Positions 20,545 to 30,065 of a stretch of DNA of 64,000 nt are shown here, piece by piece; position 1 is the first letter of the stretch, and every line of letters begins with the position of its first letter. Below the pieces are notes generated by a model that saw only the letters and a program-made list of their open reading frames with translations, did not search any database and was not told the DNA's origin. The translations under genes were made by a program, and so were the position numbers. Location: the NCBI GenBank assembly GCA_963707655.1, contig OY970172.1:512001-576000 (forward strand). The letters run 5' to 3'. This DNA is from an uncultured bacterium (GTDB lineage: Bacteria > Babelota > Babeliae > Babelales > Vermiphilaceae).

Positions 20545-20622
20545 GATTATCTGATTAATATCTTTATTTTCTCTCTTCTTTTGTTAGACTATTGTGCAGT
20601 AATAGAAAGCATTGAAATACAC

Positions 20623-20698
20623 GGGCTGCTAGCTCAATTGGCAGAGCAACAGACTCTTAATCTGTGGGTTCTTGGTTCGATTCCAAGGCAGCCCACCA
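20623..20698 (+). tRNA. tRNA-Lys(CTT)
   Basis: 76-nt cloverleaf; anticodon arm ACAGA-CTCTTAA-TCTGT; GTTCGA T-loop; encoded CCA. Confidence 0.95.
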
Positions 20699-21026
20699 GC
20701 CTACGCCGAGGCTACGGCTGGCAGAGCCATTTCTTCTGAGGAAGAAAATTGACATTTATAGCAAAATCGTAGGCTGTCCGCCGAAGCTTGCCGAGTCTAA
20801 AATAGTGCTCCTTCAAAGAGCACCAGACCCGGATAAGCGAAGGCTGGACCTGAACGCCAAGGCTTCGTATGGCAGGCCAGTTCCTTTAGATGAAAAATTA
20901 GCCTCAAAAAAAATGAAGCAGGCTTGTTCTTCGTAGCTCTGTACTTTTGTACATCAAAGGTGTTTACTGGTCATAGCCCATATAAACAACCGCTGGCTTA
21001 GTTAAAGCGGAAAGAGCGAAGTAGAA
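20699..21026. repeat. Cluster of REP-like imperfect palindromes in the tRNA spacer
   Basis: CCTACGCCGAGGCTACGGCTGGCAG; TCCGCCGAAGCTT...AAGCGAAGGCTGGA; ACGCCAAGGCTTCGTATGGCAG; CTTCGTAGCTCT...AGAGCGAAGTAG. Confidence 0.6.
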
Positions 21027-21051
21027 AGAGCAGATTTATTAGTCCACCTAA

Positions 21052-21138
21052 GCAAGAGTGGCGAAATTGGTAGACGCGCTGGACTTAGGATCCAGTTCCC
21101 GAAAGGGAGTGGGGGTTCGATTCCCTTCTCTTGCACCA
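21052..21138 (+). tRNA. tRNA-Leu(TAG)
   Basis: 87-nt type II tRNA; anticodon arm CTGGA-CTTAGGA-TCCAG; long variable arm; encoded CCA. Confidence 0.95.
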
Positions 21139-21154
21139 AAAAAAGGAAGAGAGC

Positions 21155-22480
21155 ATGGAGATATTAATGAAGCAAGGCCACCATGAAGCAGAAGCATTGG
21201 AATTTAATTTTCATCAGCAAACCCCTACTCTGTGGTATGCGCAGATCAATGCACCGCGCGAATTAGTCAGCTTTATCTATCATGAAGCAATTAAAAATCA
21301 GCAACATGATATGCACACTGCCGGCTTTGCCAAAGGCACCGTTCCTTTTGAATATATAGAACAGGCATTAAAAGCAACCCTTGTTTCTCATGTTAAAGAT
21401 TTCCTTCTCTCTTTTTGCGTAAGTAGTTCACTCTATGAAGAGCTGCGCAATCGCAAAATTATCGTCGCCGGCACACCCCGTTTACATTCACTTGATATAA
21501 ATCCGCCGCATCACGCATCATTTACCTTTGAATTATCTACGATAGCCCCTATCGCTTTGCATGATTGGCAATATTTTCCTTTCAAGACCCCAAAAAGAAA
21601 AAATTACAAAGATCTGGATCGGCAAGTAGAACTCTTTATCAAAGAAGAAAAAGACAATCTCAAAGATTATATGATCACTACCATAGATGTTGGTGACTGG
21701 GTATGTTGTGATATTGCTCTTGCGAAAAACAATGAAGCCGCATCATTTTTGCCTCATATTAAAGAAACTGTATGGCTTCGTCTGGGTGATGAAGAGGCTG
21801 ACGCACCATTAAGAGATGTTTTTCTTAATAAACAATTACATCAACAATTCATATCACACAGCCCTGCCCTACAGGAATATTTTAGCCCGCATCTTGCCAC
21901 AAAATATAATTTTATTGTCACCATTAAAGAAATAGTGAAAAATTCATTTTTCTGCCTGGAAGAATTTAAGCGTCATTTTAAGCTTAAAACCAATAAAGAT
22001 GTAAATCTTAAATTAATTGAAGTTTTTTCTTATCGTAATGATTTATCGCTGCGCCGCACCATAGCAGAAGAATCGTTGAAATTGATGCTCACAAAACATA
22101 AATTTGAAGCCCCTCTCCATTCTATTTTGCGCCAGCAACAACTCTTGCTTGAAACCATTCAGATGAATCCTGATTATCATGTATATCGGGTACAGAAAGA
22201 TTTTCAATCGTGCGTCAGGCAACTGGCAGAAAAACAGGCTAAAGAAGCATTGTTCATTGATCATGTCGCCTACCAAGATACTATCAACGTCAACAGTGCC
22301 GACATCAAAAGCTACCTTACCCTAACGCAACGACCACGCATGAAAGAATTTATTTATTTTGAATTGATGTCGACCAAGTATCAAGGTCGCGAAACCCCTA
22401 TTACTTCGCAGGCCCTTAAACAAATCTGCCTCAGAGAAAAGACATTAAATCATATTATCCATTATCTCACTAAAAAATAG
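21155..22480 (+). CDS. tig: Divergent trigger factor-like protein
   Basis: GFAKGTVP resembles the GFRxGxxP ribosome-binding loop; GDWV; typical size; common tRNA-Leu-tig order. Confidence 0.65.
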   Translation: MEILMKQGHHEAEALEFNFHQQTPTLWYAQINAPRELVSFIYHEAIKNQQHDMHTAGFAKGTVPFEYIEQALKATLVSHVKDFLLSFCVSSSLYEELRNRKIIVAGTPRLHSLDINPPHHASFTFELSTIAPIALHDWQYFPFKTPKRKNYKDLDRQVELFIKEEKDNLKDYMITTIDVGDWVCCDIALAKNNEAASFLPHIKETVWLRLGDEEADAPLRDVFLNKQLHQQFISHSPALQEYFSPHLATKYNFIVTIKEIVKNSFFCLEEFKRHFKLKTNKDVNLKLIEVFSYRNDLSLRRTIAEESLKLMLTKHKFEAPLHSILRQQQLLLETIQMNPDYHVYRVQKDFQSCVRQLAEKQAKEALFIDHVAYQDTINVNSADIKSYLTLTQRPRMKEFIYFELMSTKYQGRETPITSQALKQICLREKTLNHIIHYLTKK

Positions 22481-22490
22481 GAGCCTTTTT

Positions 22491-23423
22491 ATGGATAATA
22501 CAACCCATCATCCCCTTATTATTATCGGTTCCGGTCCTGCCGGCTTAACTGCCGCAATCTACGCCGGACGTGCCAATGTATCTCCCCTGGTTATTGACGG
22601 TGACGATCCTGGTGGGCAACTTATGGGTACTTCGATTGTTGAAAATTGGCCCGGAGAGAAAAGCATTTTGGGCCCCCAGCTCATAATGAATATGCGAGAA
22701 CAGGCAGAAATCAATGGTGCCTCTTTTATGGGAGACATGGTCACCGCCGTTGATCTAAGCACAAAGCCCTTTATCTTACAGACACGTAACAACAAGCAAC
22801 TTACTGCCGATTCGATCCTGATTGCAACGGGAGCCCGCCCAAAAAAAATTGGCTGCTCTGGGGAAAATGAATATTGGGGCAAGGGAGTAACCACCTGCGC
22901 CGTTTGTGATGGCAATTTTTATAAAGACAAAGCGGTTATTGTAGTTGGTGGCGGGGATACCGCCATGGAAAATGCCTCATTTTTAACAAAATTTACCGAT
23001 AAAATCACTATTATCCACCTTCGTGACAAGCTAACCGCTTCAATGGCCATGCAAGAAAAGGTGATTAACAACCCTCACATCAAAATAATCTATAATAGCA
23101 CCGTGCAAGCAATCACCGGTAACGGAAGTCATGTAACCGGCGCACGCATCATTAATCAGCAAACCGGTGCCGCACATGATATGGCGGTTGATGGGGTCTT
23201 TGTATCGGTCGGCCTGAGTCCCAATACTAAAATCTTCGAAAATCAGCTTGAAACGACCCCATACGGCTTCCTGAAAATCACTGATGAAACCAAAACATCG
23301 GTCGCCGGGGTGTTCGCCGCCGGGGATGTCTTTGACTGCAAATACCGTCAAGCAATAGTGGCCGCCGGTTCAGGGTGCAAGGCTGCTCTTGATGCCGAAC
23401 ATTACCTGAAAAATATTATTTGA
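22491..23423 (+). CDS. trxB: Thioredoxin reductase
   Basis: GSGPAG, CAVCDG, GGGDTAMEN, GVFAAGD motifs. Confidence 0.97.
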   Translation: MDNTTHHPLIIIGSGPAGLTAAIYAGRANVSPLVIDGDDPGGQLMGTSIVENWPGEKSILGPQLIMNMREQAEINGASFMGDMVTAVDLSTKPFILQTRNNKQLTADSILIATGARPKKIGCSGENEYWGKGVTTCAVCDGNFYKDKAVIVVGGGDTAMENASFLTKFTDKITIIHLRDKLTASMAMQEKVINNPHIKIIYNSTVQAITGNGSHVTGARIINQQTGAAHDMAVDGVFVSVGLSPNTKIFENQLETTPYGFLKITDETKTSVAGVFAAGDVFDCKYRQAIVAAGSGCKAALDAEHYLKNII

Positions 23424-23587
23424 ACACTCATATTGAAAAAAAGCGATTTTAGCGTAAAATAAGGTAAGAGTTTATCTTGTTTTCAATTTCCCCCGCACAC
23501 TCACTGGTGTATTAGGGATAAAAATGAGTGGTAATTTCAAATTTTCATAATAACAATATATCTGATAGCATTTTATAGGGAAACATC

Positions 23588-23731
23588 ATGTCAGTTACTT
23601 TTTTTAGAAAGAGCCGTAAAAAAAGAAATAAAAAACACGGTTTTCGTAAAAGAATGGCAACACGTCACGGAAGAAAAATTCTTAATAAGCGTCGCGCCAA
23701 GGGTAAAAAACGTTTGGCAGTTAGTGCTTAA
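23588..23731 (+). CDS. rpmH: 50S ribosomal protein L34 (not in the ORF track)
   Basis: Translates as [47 protein letters not shown]; directly upstream of rnpA. Confidence 0.95.
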   Translation: MSVTFFRKSRKKRNKKHGFRKRMATRHGRKILNKRRAKGKKRLAVSA

Positions 23732-23771
23732 TCACTAATTCTACCTCCAAACAGATACAGCTTAATATTCA

Positions 23772-24140
23772 ATGAAATCAATCCCCAAAAGATTATCTCA
23801 TTTTGGTAAAAACGAGGTTTCGCGATTTTTTAAAACGGCAAAGCGCGGTTTTAAGAATCCAAACCTCGATATTTTACTTCTTCCCCAAGCGCACGATTCA
23901 GGAAGAATCTTGGCAGTCATTTCTGCTAAAATCGCTCCGGCACACTTACGCAATTTTATACGCAGAAGATTGAAAGCGATCTTCTATGAAGAAAAACTAT
24001 TCCTGCTGGGATATGATTTTATCATCATCACCAAAACAGCGGGTCTCCATCTCCCCTTCCAAAAACTTAAAGAAGTAACGCTTCTTGGCGTGGCCCGCGC
24101 TGTTGCTTCAATGAATAATCACAAAGAATTATCACAATAA
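23772..24140 (+). CDS. rnpA: Ribonuclease P protein component
   Basis: AHLRNFIRRRLK RNR-like motif; follows rpmH. Confidence 0.9.
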   Translation: MKSIPKRLSHFGKNEVSRFFKTAKRGFKNPNLDILLLPQAHDSGRILAVISAKIAPAHLRNFIRRRLKAIFYEEKLFLLGYDFIIITKTAGLHLPFQKLKEVTLLGVARAVASMNNHKELSQ

Positions 24141-25541
24141 ATCCCCTGCCAATCTACTCAGCTCGCTGCGCTCGCTTGTTTCAAGATATACGCTGCCAAA
24201 AAGCTTTTGATTTTTAAATTTCTCACTCGTTACCACCAATCCATTGCTGCTAAAATCAAGATACGGAGAATCTATCTGATAAGGGTCACCGGCAAGAATA
24301 ATTTTACTGCCCTCTCCTACACGGCTCACCAGAGTTTTTACTTCGTGAGGAGTTAAATTTTGCACTTCATCAATAAGAATAAATTGATATGGTATGGAGC
24401 GGCCACGCATATACGTAATCGCTTCGAGGCTTAATTTGTCGTGACGGACAAGATCCTGAATCGGCCCAAGGCCGGCAGCATCAACATGGCGATCTTGTTT
24501 AAAAAAGCGTTTTTTGCCGTTGCCATTGCGCCGATGTTTGTTTTCGTGGTACTCGTCTTCAACATGTTGCATATGCTCATTTGCTTGGCCCGCATGTACA
24601 ATAAAATCGATATTGTCATAAATAGGCAGCATCCAGCTTTGCAATTTTTCTTCAAGCGTACCGGGCAAATAGCCAATATCTTTACCAAGAGGAACAATGG
24701 GGCGCGATATTAAAATTTTTCTATAAATATCTTCAACCAATACTTTGTGTAACCCTGCTAAAAGCGCCAAGAATGTTTTTCCTGTTCCGGCAGGACCAAA
24801 CAGACTCACAAAAGGAATGGAATCATCGAGCAATAAATGGAGCGCCATTAACTGCTGTGGGTTACGTGACTTTAAGGACCATTTAAAAAGTGGCTCCTCA
24901 ACCGATTCAAAATGATTGTTTCCTTTGTAGCAAAAAATACGGTAGTTGTAAGGATTGTTCTGACTTTCAACCAACACAAATTCATTCATGGTGAATTTGT
25001 AATCCTGAGCAAATTCTTTGAGCATATCAGGAACATCTTTTTTCAGCTGTATAGAAGGAACAGATACCTTGACCCATCCTCTATAAAAACTATCTTGCGA
25101 AATATGCTCTTTAACATAATCCTCGGCAGCCAGACCCAATGTATCTGCCTTTACCCGCGCATTTAAATCTTTAGAGATAAAAATAACTTCATAACCGCTG
25201 CTTTTATATTCCAATGCGGTGAGTAGAATGCGATTATCGGCAATATTCATTTTAAAAGGAAGCGCAACTGTTTCAAGCGAGTGAGAGAATAATACTTTGA
25301 TCATGCCGCCGTTATCAAGCTGCACTCCGATGCCCAAACAACCCTGTGCACGCAGCGCATCAAGTTGACGAATTGCTTCACGCGTATTGCGGCCACGATC
25401 AGTGGTATCTTTTTTAAATTCATCAAGCTCTTCCAGCACTGTGGCGGGAATGCCAACAAACGCTCCTTCAAAAGCAAACATGGCGTGTGGATCATGCATT
25501 AATACATTAGTATCAAGAATATATAATTTTCGATTTACCAT
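24132..25541 (-). CDS. PIN-PhoH (PhoH2/YlaK-like) ATPase
   Basis: N-terminal PIN LDTNVL; Walker A GPAGTGKT; YMRGRS, DEVQN, AGDPYQID. Confidence 0.92.
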   Translation of the reverse strand: MVNRKLYILDTNVLMHDPHAMFAFEGAFVGIPATVLEELDEFKKDTTDRGRNTREAIRQLDALRAQGCLGIGVQLDNGGMIKVLFSHSLETVALPFKMNIADNRILLTALEYKSSGYEVIFISKDLNARVKADTLGLAAEDYVKEHISQDSFYRGWVKVSVPSIQLKKDVPDMLKEFAQDYKFTMNEFVLVESQNNPYNYRIFCYKGNNHFESVEEPLFKWSLKSRNPQQLMALHLLLDDSIPFVSLFGPAGTGKTFLALLAGLHKVLVEDIYRKILISRPIVPLGKDIGYLPGTLEEKLQSWMLPIYDNIDFIVHAGQANEHMQHVEDEYHENKHRRNGNGKKRFFKQDRHVDAAGLGPIQDLVRHDKLSLEAITYMRGRSIPYQFILIDEVQNLTPHEVKTLVSRVGEGSKIILAGDPYQIDSPYLDFSSNGLVVTSEKFKNQKLFGSVYLETSERSELSRLAGDLL

Positions 25542-25828
25542 TATTCTGCTCTTCTTTTTTTTGTAAGTTTTATGGTTTCTGCTTCACCTACTTACCTGCA
25601 TCCTACCATACCACTAGTGGTCAATCAACGAATGAAGACAATGATAAAAATAGACCTATAACAACGGGAAAAATGATGAAAAATCATGCCGTTTGGCGAA
25701 GGTCAAGCATATCATTATGTGTAGGCATTTGATTCTGCAAATCCGCTACAAAAAGTTTGCACGACCAAGAAAAACAAGCTAATCTGTTTTCAATTTTTTA
25801 TTCAACACTCTATAAAAAGGATCGAGCA

Positions 25829-26266
25829 ATGAAGAAAATTATATCTGCTTTAGTTATTTTGCAGACTACTACCACGCTTGGCATGCATTTCGTTCCCGCG
25901 CTCGTAGCAGGAACAACACCGCTCACCATACCGGCAGCCTATTATTGGAAAAAGAACTTGAACAATACTGACCCGGCTAAAGATACCTGGAGACCCTTTG
26001 TACAAGCCGCAGTTTATGGGATGGTCCCGGGGATCAATATAGGCTTGGCACTAATTCTTGGTGTCGGTGGTGCACTATACGCGGCAGAAGATAGATTAAA
26101 CCACTGGGCAGCATACGAAGAAGCGCGCCCCTTATTTCTCGAAGAAAAAGAGAAAGCTACGGCCATAGGATTTCTTAGTGGCATTTCACTGTATGCGGCC
26201 ATTCCTCTTGCGTTGAAGGCATTTAAAAAAGAAGCACTCAATGCCGCCATGAAACCAAAATTATAA
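25829..26266 (+). CDS. Hypothetical membrane or secreted protein
   Basis: AAGGA RBS, signal-like leader, hydrophobic segments. Confidence 0.6.
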   Translation: MKKIISALVILQTTTTLGMHFVPALVAGTTPLTIPAAYYWKKNLNNTDPAKDTWRPFVQAAVYGMVPGINIGLALILGVGGALYAAEDRLNHWAAYEEARPLFLEEKEKATAIGFLSGISLYAAIPLALKAFKKEALNAAMKPKL

Positions 26267-26375
26267 GAGAAAAATTGAGCGACAATAAAAAACTCTAGAC
26301 AAGTTTTTAGCCAATTACATATTTTAAACAGCAGTGTGTAAAAAGAGTTACGAGTAGTTGCAAGGAGAAAAAAGT

Positions 26376-27245
26376 ATGAACAATACTCTACAATATCATC
26401 ATATGATACGTACATTGCGTCATTTCTTTCAAGACAAAAAAGGATTTATAGAAGTTCCCGCCCAATCGCGCGTCTCTATTCTAGCCGCCTGCGAACAACC
26501 AAAAACAATCACTCCGTATACCATCGGAGGTAAAACATACCCACTGCCACAGACAGGACAAATGTGGCTGGAATACGAATTATTAAAACACCCGGAATTT
26601 CTGGGTGTTTTTTGTATAACCACCAGTTATCGCGATGAACCGAATCCCATTGAAGGGCGCCATCAGCGTGTTTTCCCCATGTTTGAATTTGAATCACATG
26701 GGGGTTTTGAGGAGCTCAAAAAACTGGAAGAAGAACTATTGTTGCATTTAGGCTTTGAAATGCCTATCAATATAGAATATTCTTTTGCTGCGCAGCGCTA
26801 TGAAACTGAGATCTTAGAAGCAATTCATGAAACGGCACTTGAAAAAGAATATTCCAGCGTTATCAGCCTTGAGCATTTTCCCGAATATACCAACCCTTTC
26901 TGGAACATGAAGCGGGGCACATCAGGTTTATACAATAAAATTGATGTGTTGCTCCACGGTATGGAAACCATCGGCTCTGCCGAACGCGAAACCGATGTCC
27001 AGTGGATGAGAGAGCGCTTCTTCACTATTGAGCAGGGAGAATACGCCCATCTATTGTTCAGCAAATTTGGTAAAGAACGGGTAATGGCAGAACTTGATGC
27101 ATACCTTGCATTGCCCATGATATCACGCTTTGGCGGTGGCATTGGACTCACCCGTCTTGCGCGTGCTATGGAACTGTCTGGATTGTTTAATAAATCAAAA
27201 ACTATTTACAAAACACAAATAATCGGATCACAAATCTCATTGTAA
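26376..27245 (+). CDS. Catalytic-domain-only Asn/Asp-tRNA synthetase paralog (AsnRS-like asparagine synthetase candidate)
   Basis: Class IIb motifs: GFIEV, SYRDE...RH...F.MFEFE, IDVLLHGMETIGSAERE, FGGGIGLTRL; no N-terminal OB domain. Confidence 0.8.
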   Translation: MNNTLQYHHMIRTLRHFFQDKKGFIEVPAQSRVSILAACEQPKTITPYTIGGKTYPLPQTGQMWLEYELLKHPEFLGVFCITTSYRDEPNPIEGRHQRVFPMFEFESHGGFEELKKLEEELLLHLGFEMPINIEYSFAAQRYETEILEAIHETALEKEYSSVISLEHFPEYTNPFWNMKRGTSGLYNKIDVLLHGMETIGSAERETDVQWMRERFFTIEQGEYAHLLFSKFGKERVMAELDAYLALPMISRFGGGIGLTRLARAMELSGLFNKSKTIYKTQIIGSQISL

Positions 27246-27276
27246 TACAGGAATTTTGGGTCATAGAATTTTTATT

Positions 27277-28404
27277 CTATGACCCGGATGCATCTGCCTG
27301 TTCAGAGAGATAGCGCGAGGCAAGATATGGGTCGTGCATCGCACCGGTACCGCTCAAAACAATATCGGCACCCAGATCAAAAAATTCTTTAAAATGTTCT
27401 GTGCTTGTTATACCGCCGGTAGCAAGAATGATCAGATCAAGATTATCTTGCATAATAATCTCACGAGCATCAACAATAAATTGTTTTGCCAGGGTGCGAA
27501 TTGGCGCACCGGAAAGGCCACTCGTAATACGACCGGTCCCAAAAAACGGTACGCCCTGAGCAGTGACAATTTTTACCGGCACAGAATTAATCCCACATAT
27601 TGCCCGCGCACCGGCTTGGGCAGAGCTCTTTAAAATTTCTCTCATTTGTTCTTTGCTGTCAAAAACCCCAACTTTAATAATGATAGGAAGGGGAACAACA
27701 CGCTGCACGCACTGTATGATAGTATGAACCATAGCAGCATTTTTATAAAAAAATCCGTGCACAACATTGGGGCAGGAAAGATTCAATTCAATAATCTGTG
27801 CACCCGCCTCATATGCTAGCTGAGCAGCAGCAGCAAAATCATGGGCGATGGTGTGCTCATCGGCCCCTCGACCAAACACAGAAACAATCAGCACTTGTCC
27901 TTCATGCAATGTCGCACGAGCCTGCGCAATATCATGCATTATTCCTTCAGGAGAATCTGAAGGATTACCCAGCGAATTGCTTATCGCGATCATGCTGGCA
28001 TCTTCCGGCGGTGTATCGGTTGCATAAAATGGTGCGCCAATATCATGATTACCGATCTGCCGGTTGCATGAAACATAGCAGATATTGGGCAATGGATGAC
28101 TGCGCACTTTACCGCTACAGATTGTTTTATAGGTGAGTACATCAAAGCCGAGCCCGGCTGCCAGCGCTATTCCTCTACTCGTCATTATGGCACAGGCGGG
28201 AATCCCTATTGGTGATATGATCGGGTATCCCAATAAAGAGCCCCATTGCGATCTTGGCGGCACATATCGTTGCGAAATAGAGCAATCAAGAGAAGATGTC
28301 TGTTTATAATTTTCCTCAAATGATTTGGTTATGTCATACAAATGAGCAGTGGCAGCAGTTGATGAAAGGCAAAGAATTATGCACAGAAAAAATAGCGGTA
28401 TCAT
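27277..28404 (-). CDS. pyrD: Dihydroorotate dehydrogenase-like protein with signal-peptide-like leader
   Basis: PIGIPA, TYKT, ELNLSCPN, GLSGAPI, ATGGI motifs. Confidence 0.8.
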   Translation of the reverse strand: MIPLFFLCIILCLSSTAATAHLYDITKSFEENYKQTSSLDCSISQRYVPPRSQWGSLLGYPIISPIGIPACAIMTSRGIALAAGLGFDVLTYKTICSGKVRSHPLPNICYVSCNRQIGNHDIGAPFYATDTPPEDASMIAISNSLGNPSDSPEGIMHDIAQARATLHEGQVLIVSVFGRGADEHTIAHDFAAAAQLAYEAGAQIIELNLSCPNVVHGFFYKNAAMVHTIIQCVQRVVPLPIIIKVGVFDSKEQMREILKSSAQAGARAICGINSVPVKIVTAQGVPFFGTGRITSGLSGAPIRTLAKQFIVDAREIIMQDNLDLIILATGGITSTEHFKEFFDLGADIVLSGTGAMHDPYLASRYLSEQADASGS

Positions 28405-28411
28405 AATTTCC

Positions 28412-29878
28412 TTATGCCGCTTTGTTTATACGCTCTTGGTATGCGTGCCACGCGCGATTTTTGTATTCATGGGCCACAACAGATGGCTGCGTTGTCTGAT
28501 AAATAGCGCGGCCCACAATAACAATATCGCTTTTTTGTTCACTAATCGCATATTCAGGAGTGTTATAACGTTGATTTAGCACGTCTTGCTGCAGTGTGCC
28601 ATGAATGCCGGGGGTACAGACGATAAAGAAAGGGTTATCATTTAACGCTTCCTGTGCTATAAAGCCAACAACAAAATCATCATACAGATTTGCCATTTCA
28701 ACTACCCGCTGCGTGTAAGTATCATCAATCATATTGTTACGGCTACTCAATTGTGCAACCAAAAGCAAGCCGCATTCATTGTTTGGTGCCGCTTCTGCCA
28801 ACGCCTTGATTGTTTCCGGACCGGCAATCGCATGCGCAATCACGATGTCTGCCCATTGGCTAATGTGATACGTGCCACCAGTATATTGGTGTTGCACGGT
28901 GGAACCGATATCGGCAAATTTGCGATCTTCAACAATCAGAAAATTATGCTTGCGGGCAAGAGATTGTAATTGCTCAATAAGCTCATCATCAAAATCTTCG
29001 ATCATATCAATGTGAGTTTTTAAAAAACAAATTTCAGATCCCACTGCATCGGCAAGAGCGAGCAAAGCTGCTTTGGTAGTAACATCTGCAGCAACGGCAA
29101 GATTGCTTTGTTTGTCGTGCATGATAGTAAATAATTTTTTTGCGGTGCGATTATGCGCCAATGCAGCGCGCTGATCATAGGTAAGTATGGTATTCGCGGC
29201 AATACGGTGACTAGCGCAAAATTGTTTAATTTCGGCAGCTTTCTCATACGTAATGTATCCTTGGCCGGCGAGTGCCTGTAATATTTCTGACATCGTGAAC
29301 AAGACATGTACTCGATAGCCATGTTGTTGTATATGAGCAACACCCCCCTGCTCTCGATCAATCACCACAAATACATCATGTACGATTAATCCCTCAGCCT
29401 CGAGCCCTTTTACCGATTCCAAAATACTGCCACCGGTAGTCACCACATCTTCAACCAACGCGCATCTGTTGCCGGGGGCGAACATCCCTTCAATTAATTT
29501 TTTTGTGCCATATGCCTTTGCTTCTTTGCGCTGCATGATCATAGGACAATTGCTTTTCAACGCAATTGCTGTTGTTAACGGCACCGCAGCGTAAGGCACA
29601 CCGCAGAGCAGATCAAAAGATCTATTCACCATTTTTTCTTCCATAAGATGCGCAAGAAGGCGCAATGCTTCCGTATCGGAAATAATCATACGCATGTCAA
29701 AATAAATGGGAGAAACGGAACCGTTTTTAAGCGCAACATCTTGTATTTTTATTGCACCCATCTGATACAGCTCTTTTATTAAATCTTTTTTTAACTGGTG
29801 ATGAGAGCGAGAATAATCAAAACTGCTTGCCTGCAATGAAAGAGAACACAACACTAAGAGCATTATTCGACAGATCAT
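28412..29878 (-). CDS. Bifunctional UMP synthase (OPRTase-OMP decarboxylase, PyrE-PyrF fusion) with signal-peptide-like leader
   Basis: OPRT motifs SPIYFDMR, RKEAKAYG, VEDVVTTGGS; ODC motifs KTHID, EDRKFADIGST, IVGRAI. Start ATG 29878 follows AAAGGTGA. Confidence 0.9.
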   Translation of the reverse strand: MICRIMLLVLCSLSLQASSFDYSRSHHQLKKDLIKELYQMGAIKIQDVALKNGSVSPIYFDMRMIISDTEALRLLAHLMEEKMVNRSFDLLCGVPYAAVPLTTAIALKSNCPMIMQRKEAKAYGTKKLIEGMFAPGNRCALVEDVVTTGGSILESVKGLEAEGLIVHDVFVVIDREQGGVAHIQQHGYRVHVLFTMSEILQALAGQGYITYEKAAEIKQFCASHRIAANTILTYDQRAALAHNRTAKKLFTIMHDKQSNLAVAADVTTKAALLALADAVGSEICFLKTHIDMIEDFDDELIEQLQSLARKHNFLIVEDRKFADIGSTVQHQYTGGTYHISQWADIVIAHAIAGPETIKALAEAAPNNECGLLLVAQLSSRNNMIDDTYTQRVVEMANLYDDFVVGFIAQEALNDNPFFIVCTPGIHGTLQQDVLNQRYNTPEYAISEQKSDIVIVGRAIYQTTQPSVVAHEYKNRAWHAYQERINKAA

Positions 29879-30065
29879 AGCTTCACCTTTTTTTGTAGTA
29901 TGGTTATTAAAAATCTGTGATGAAAATACCAAATTTGTAGAAAAATAAAAATTACTTGTTATGGGTTTATAAGTAAATAAAAGTGTAGCAATCAAAAATG
30001 GACGCTTTGTATAATAGGAAATGCATCTGCTTCTTGCGATTTGATTATTGTGTATAAGGCTAAAG

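Noticed and set aside
20664..20936. 90-aa ORF
   Set aside because: It overlaps tRNA-Lys and the palindromic repeats.
23424..23587. oriC/dnaA region upstream of rpmH
   Set aside because: No dnaA gene and no clear cluster of DnaA boxes; trxB lies upstream instead.
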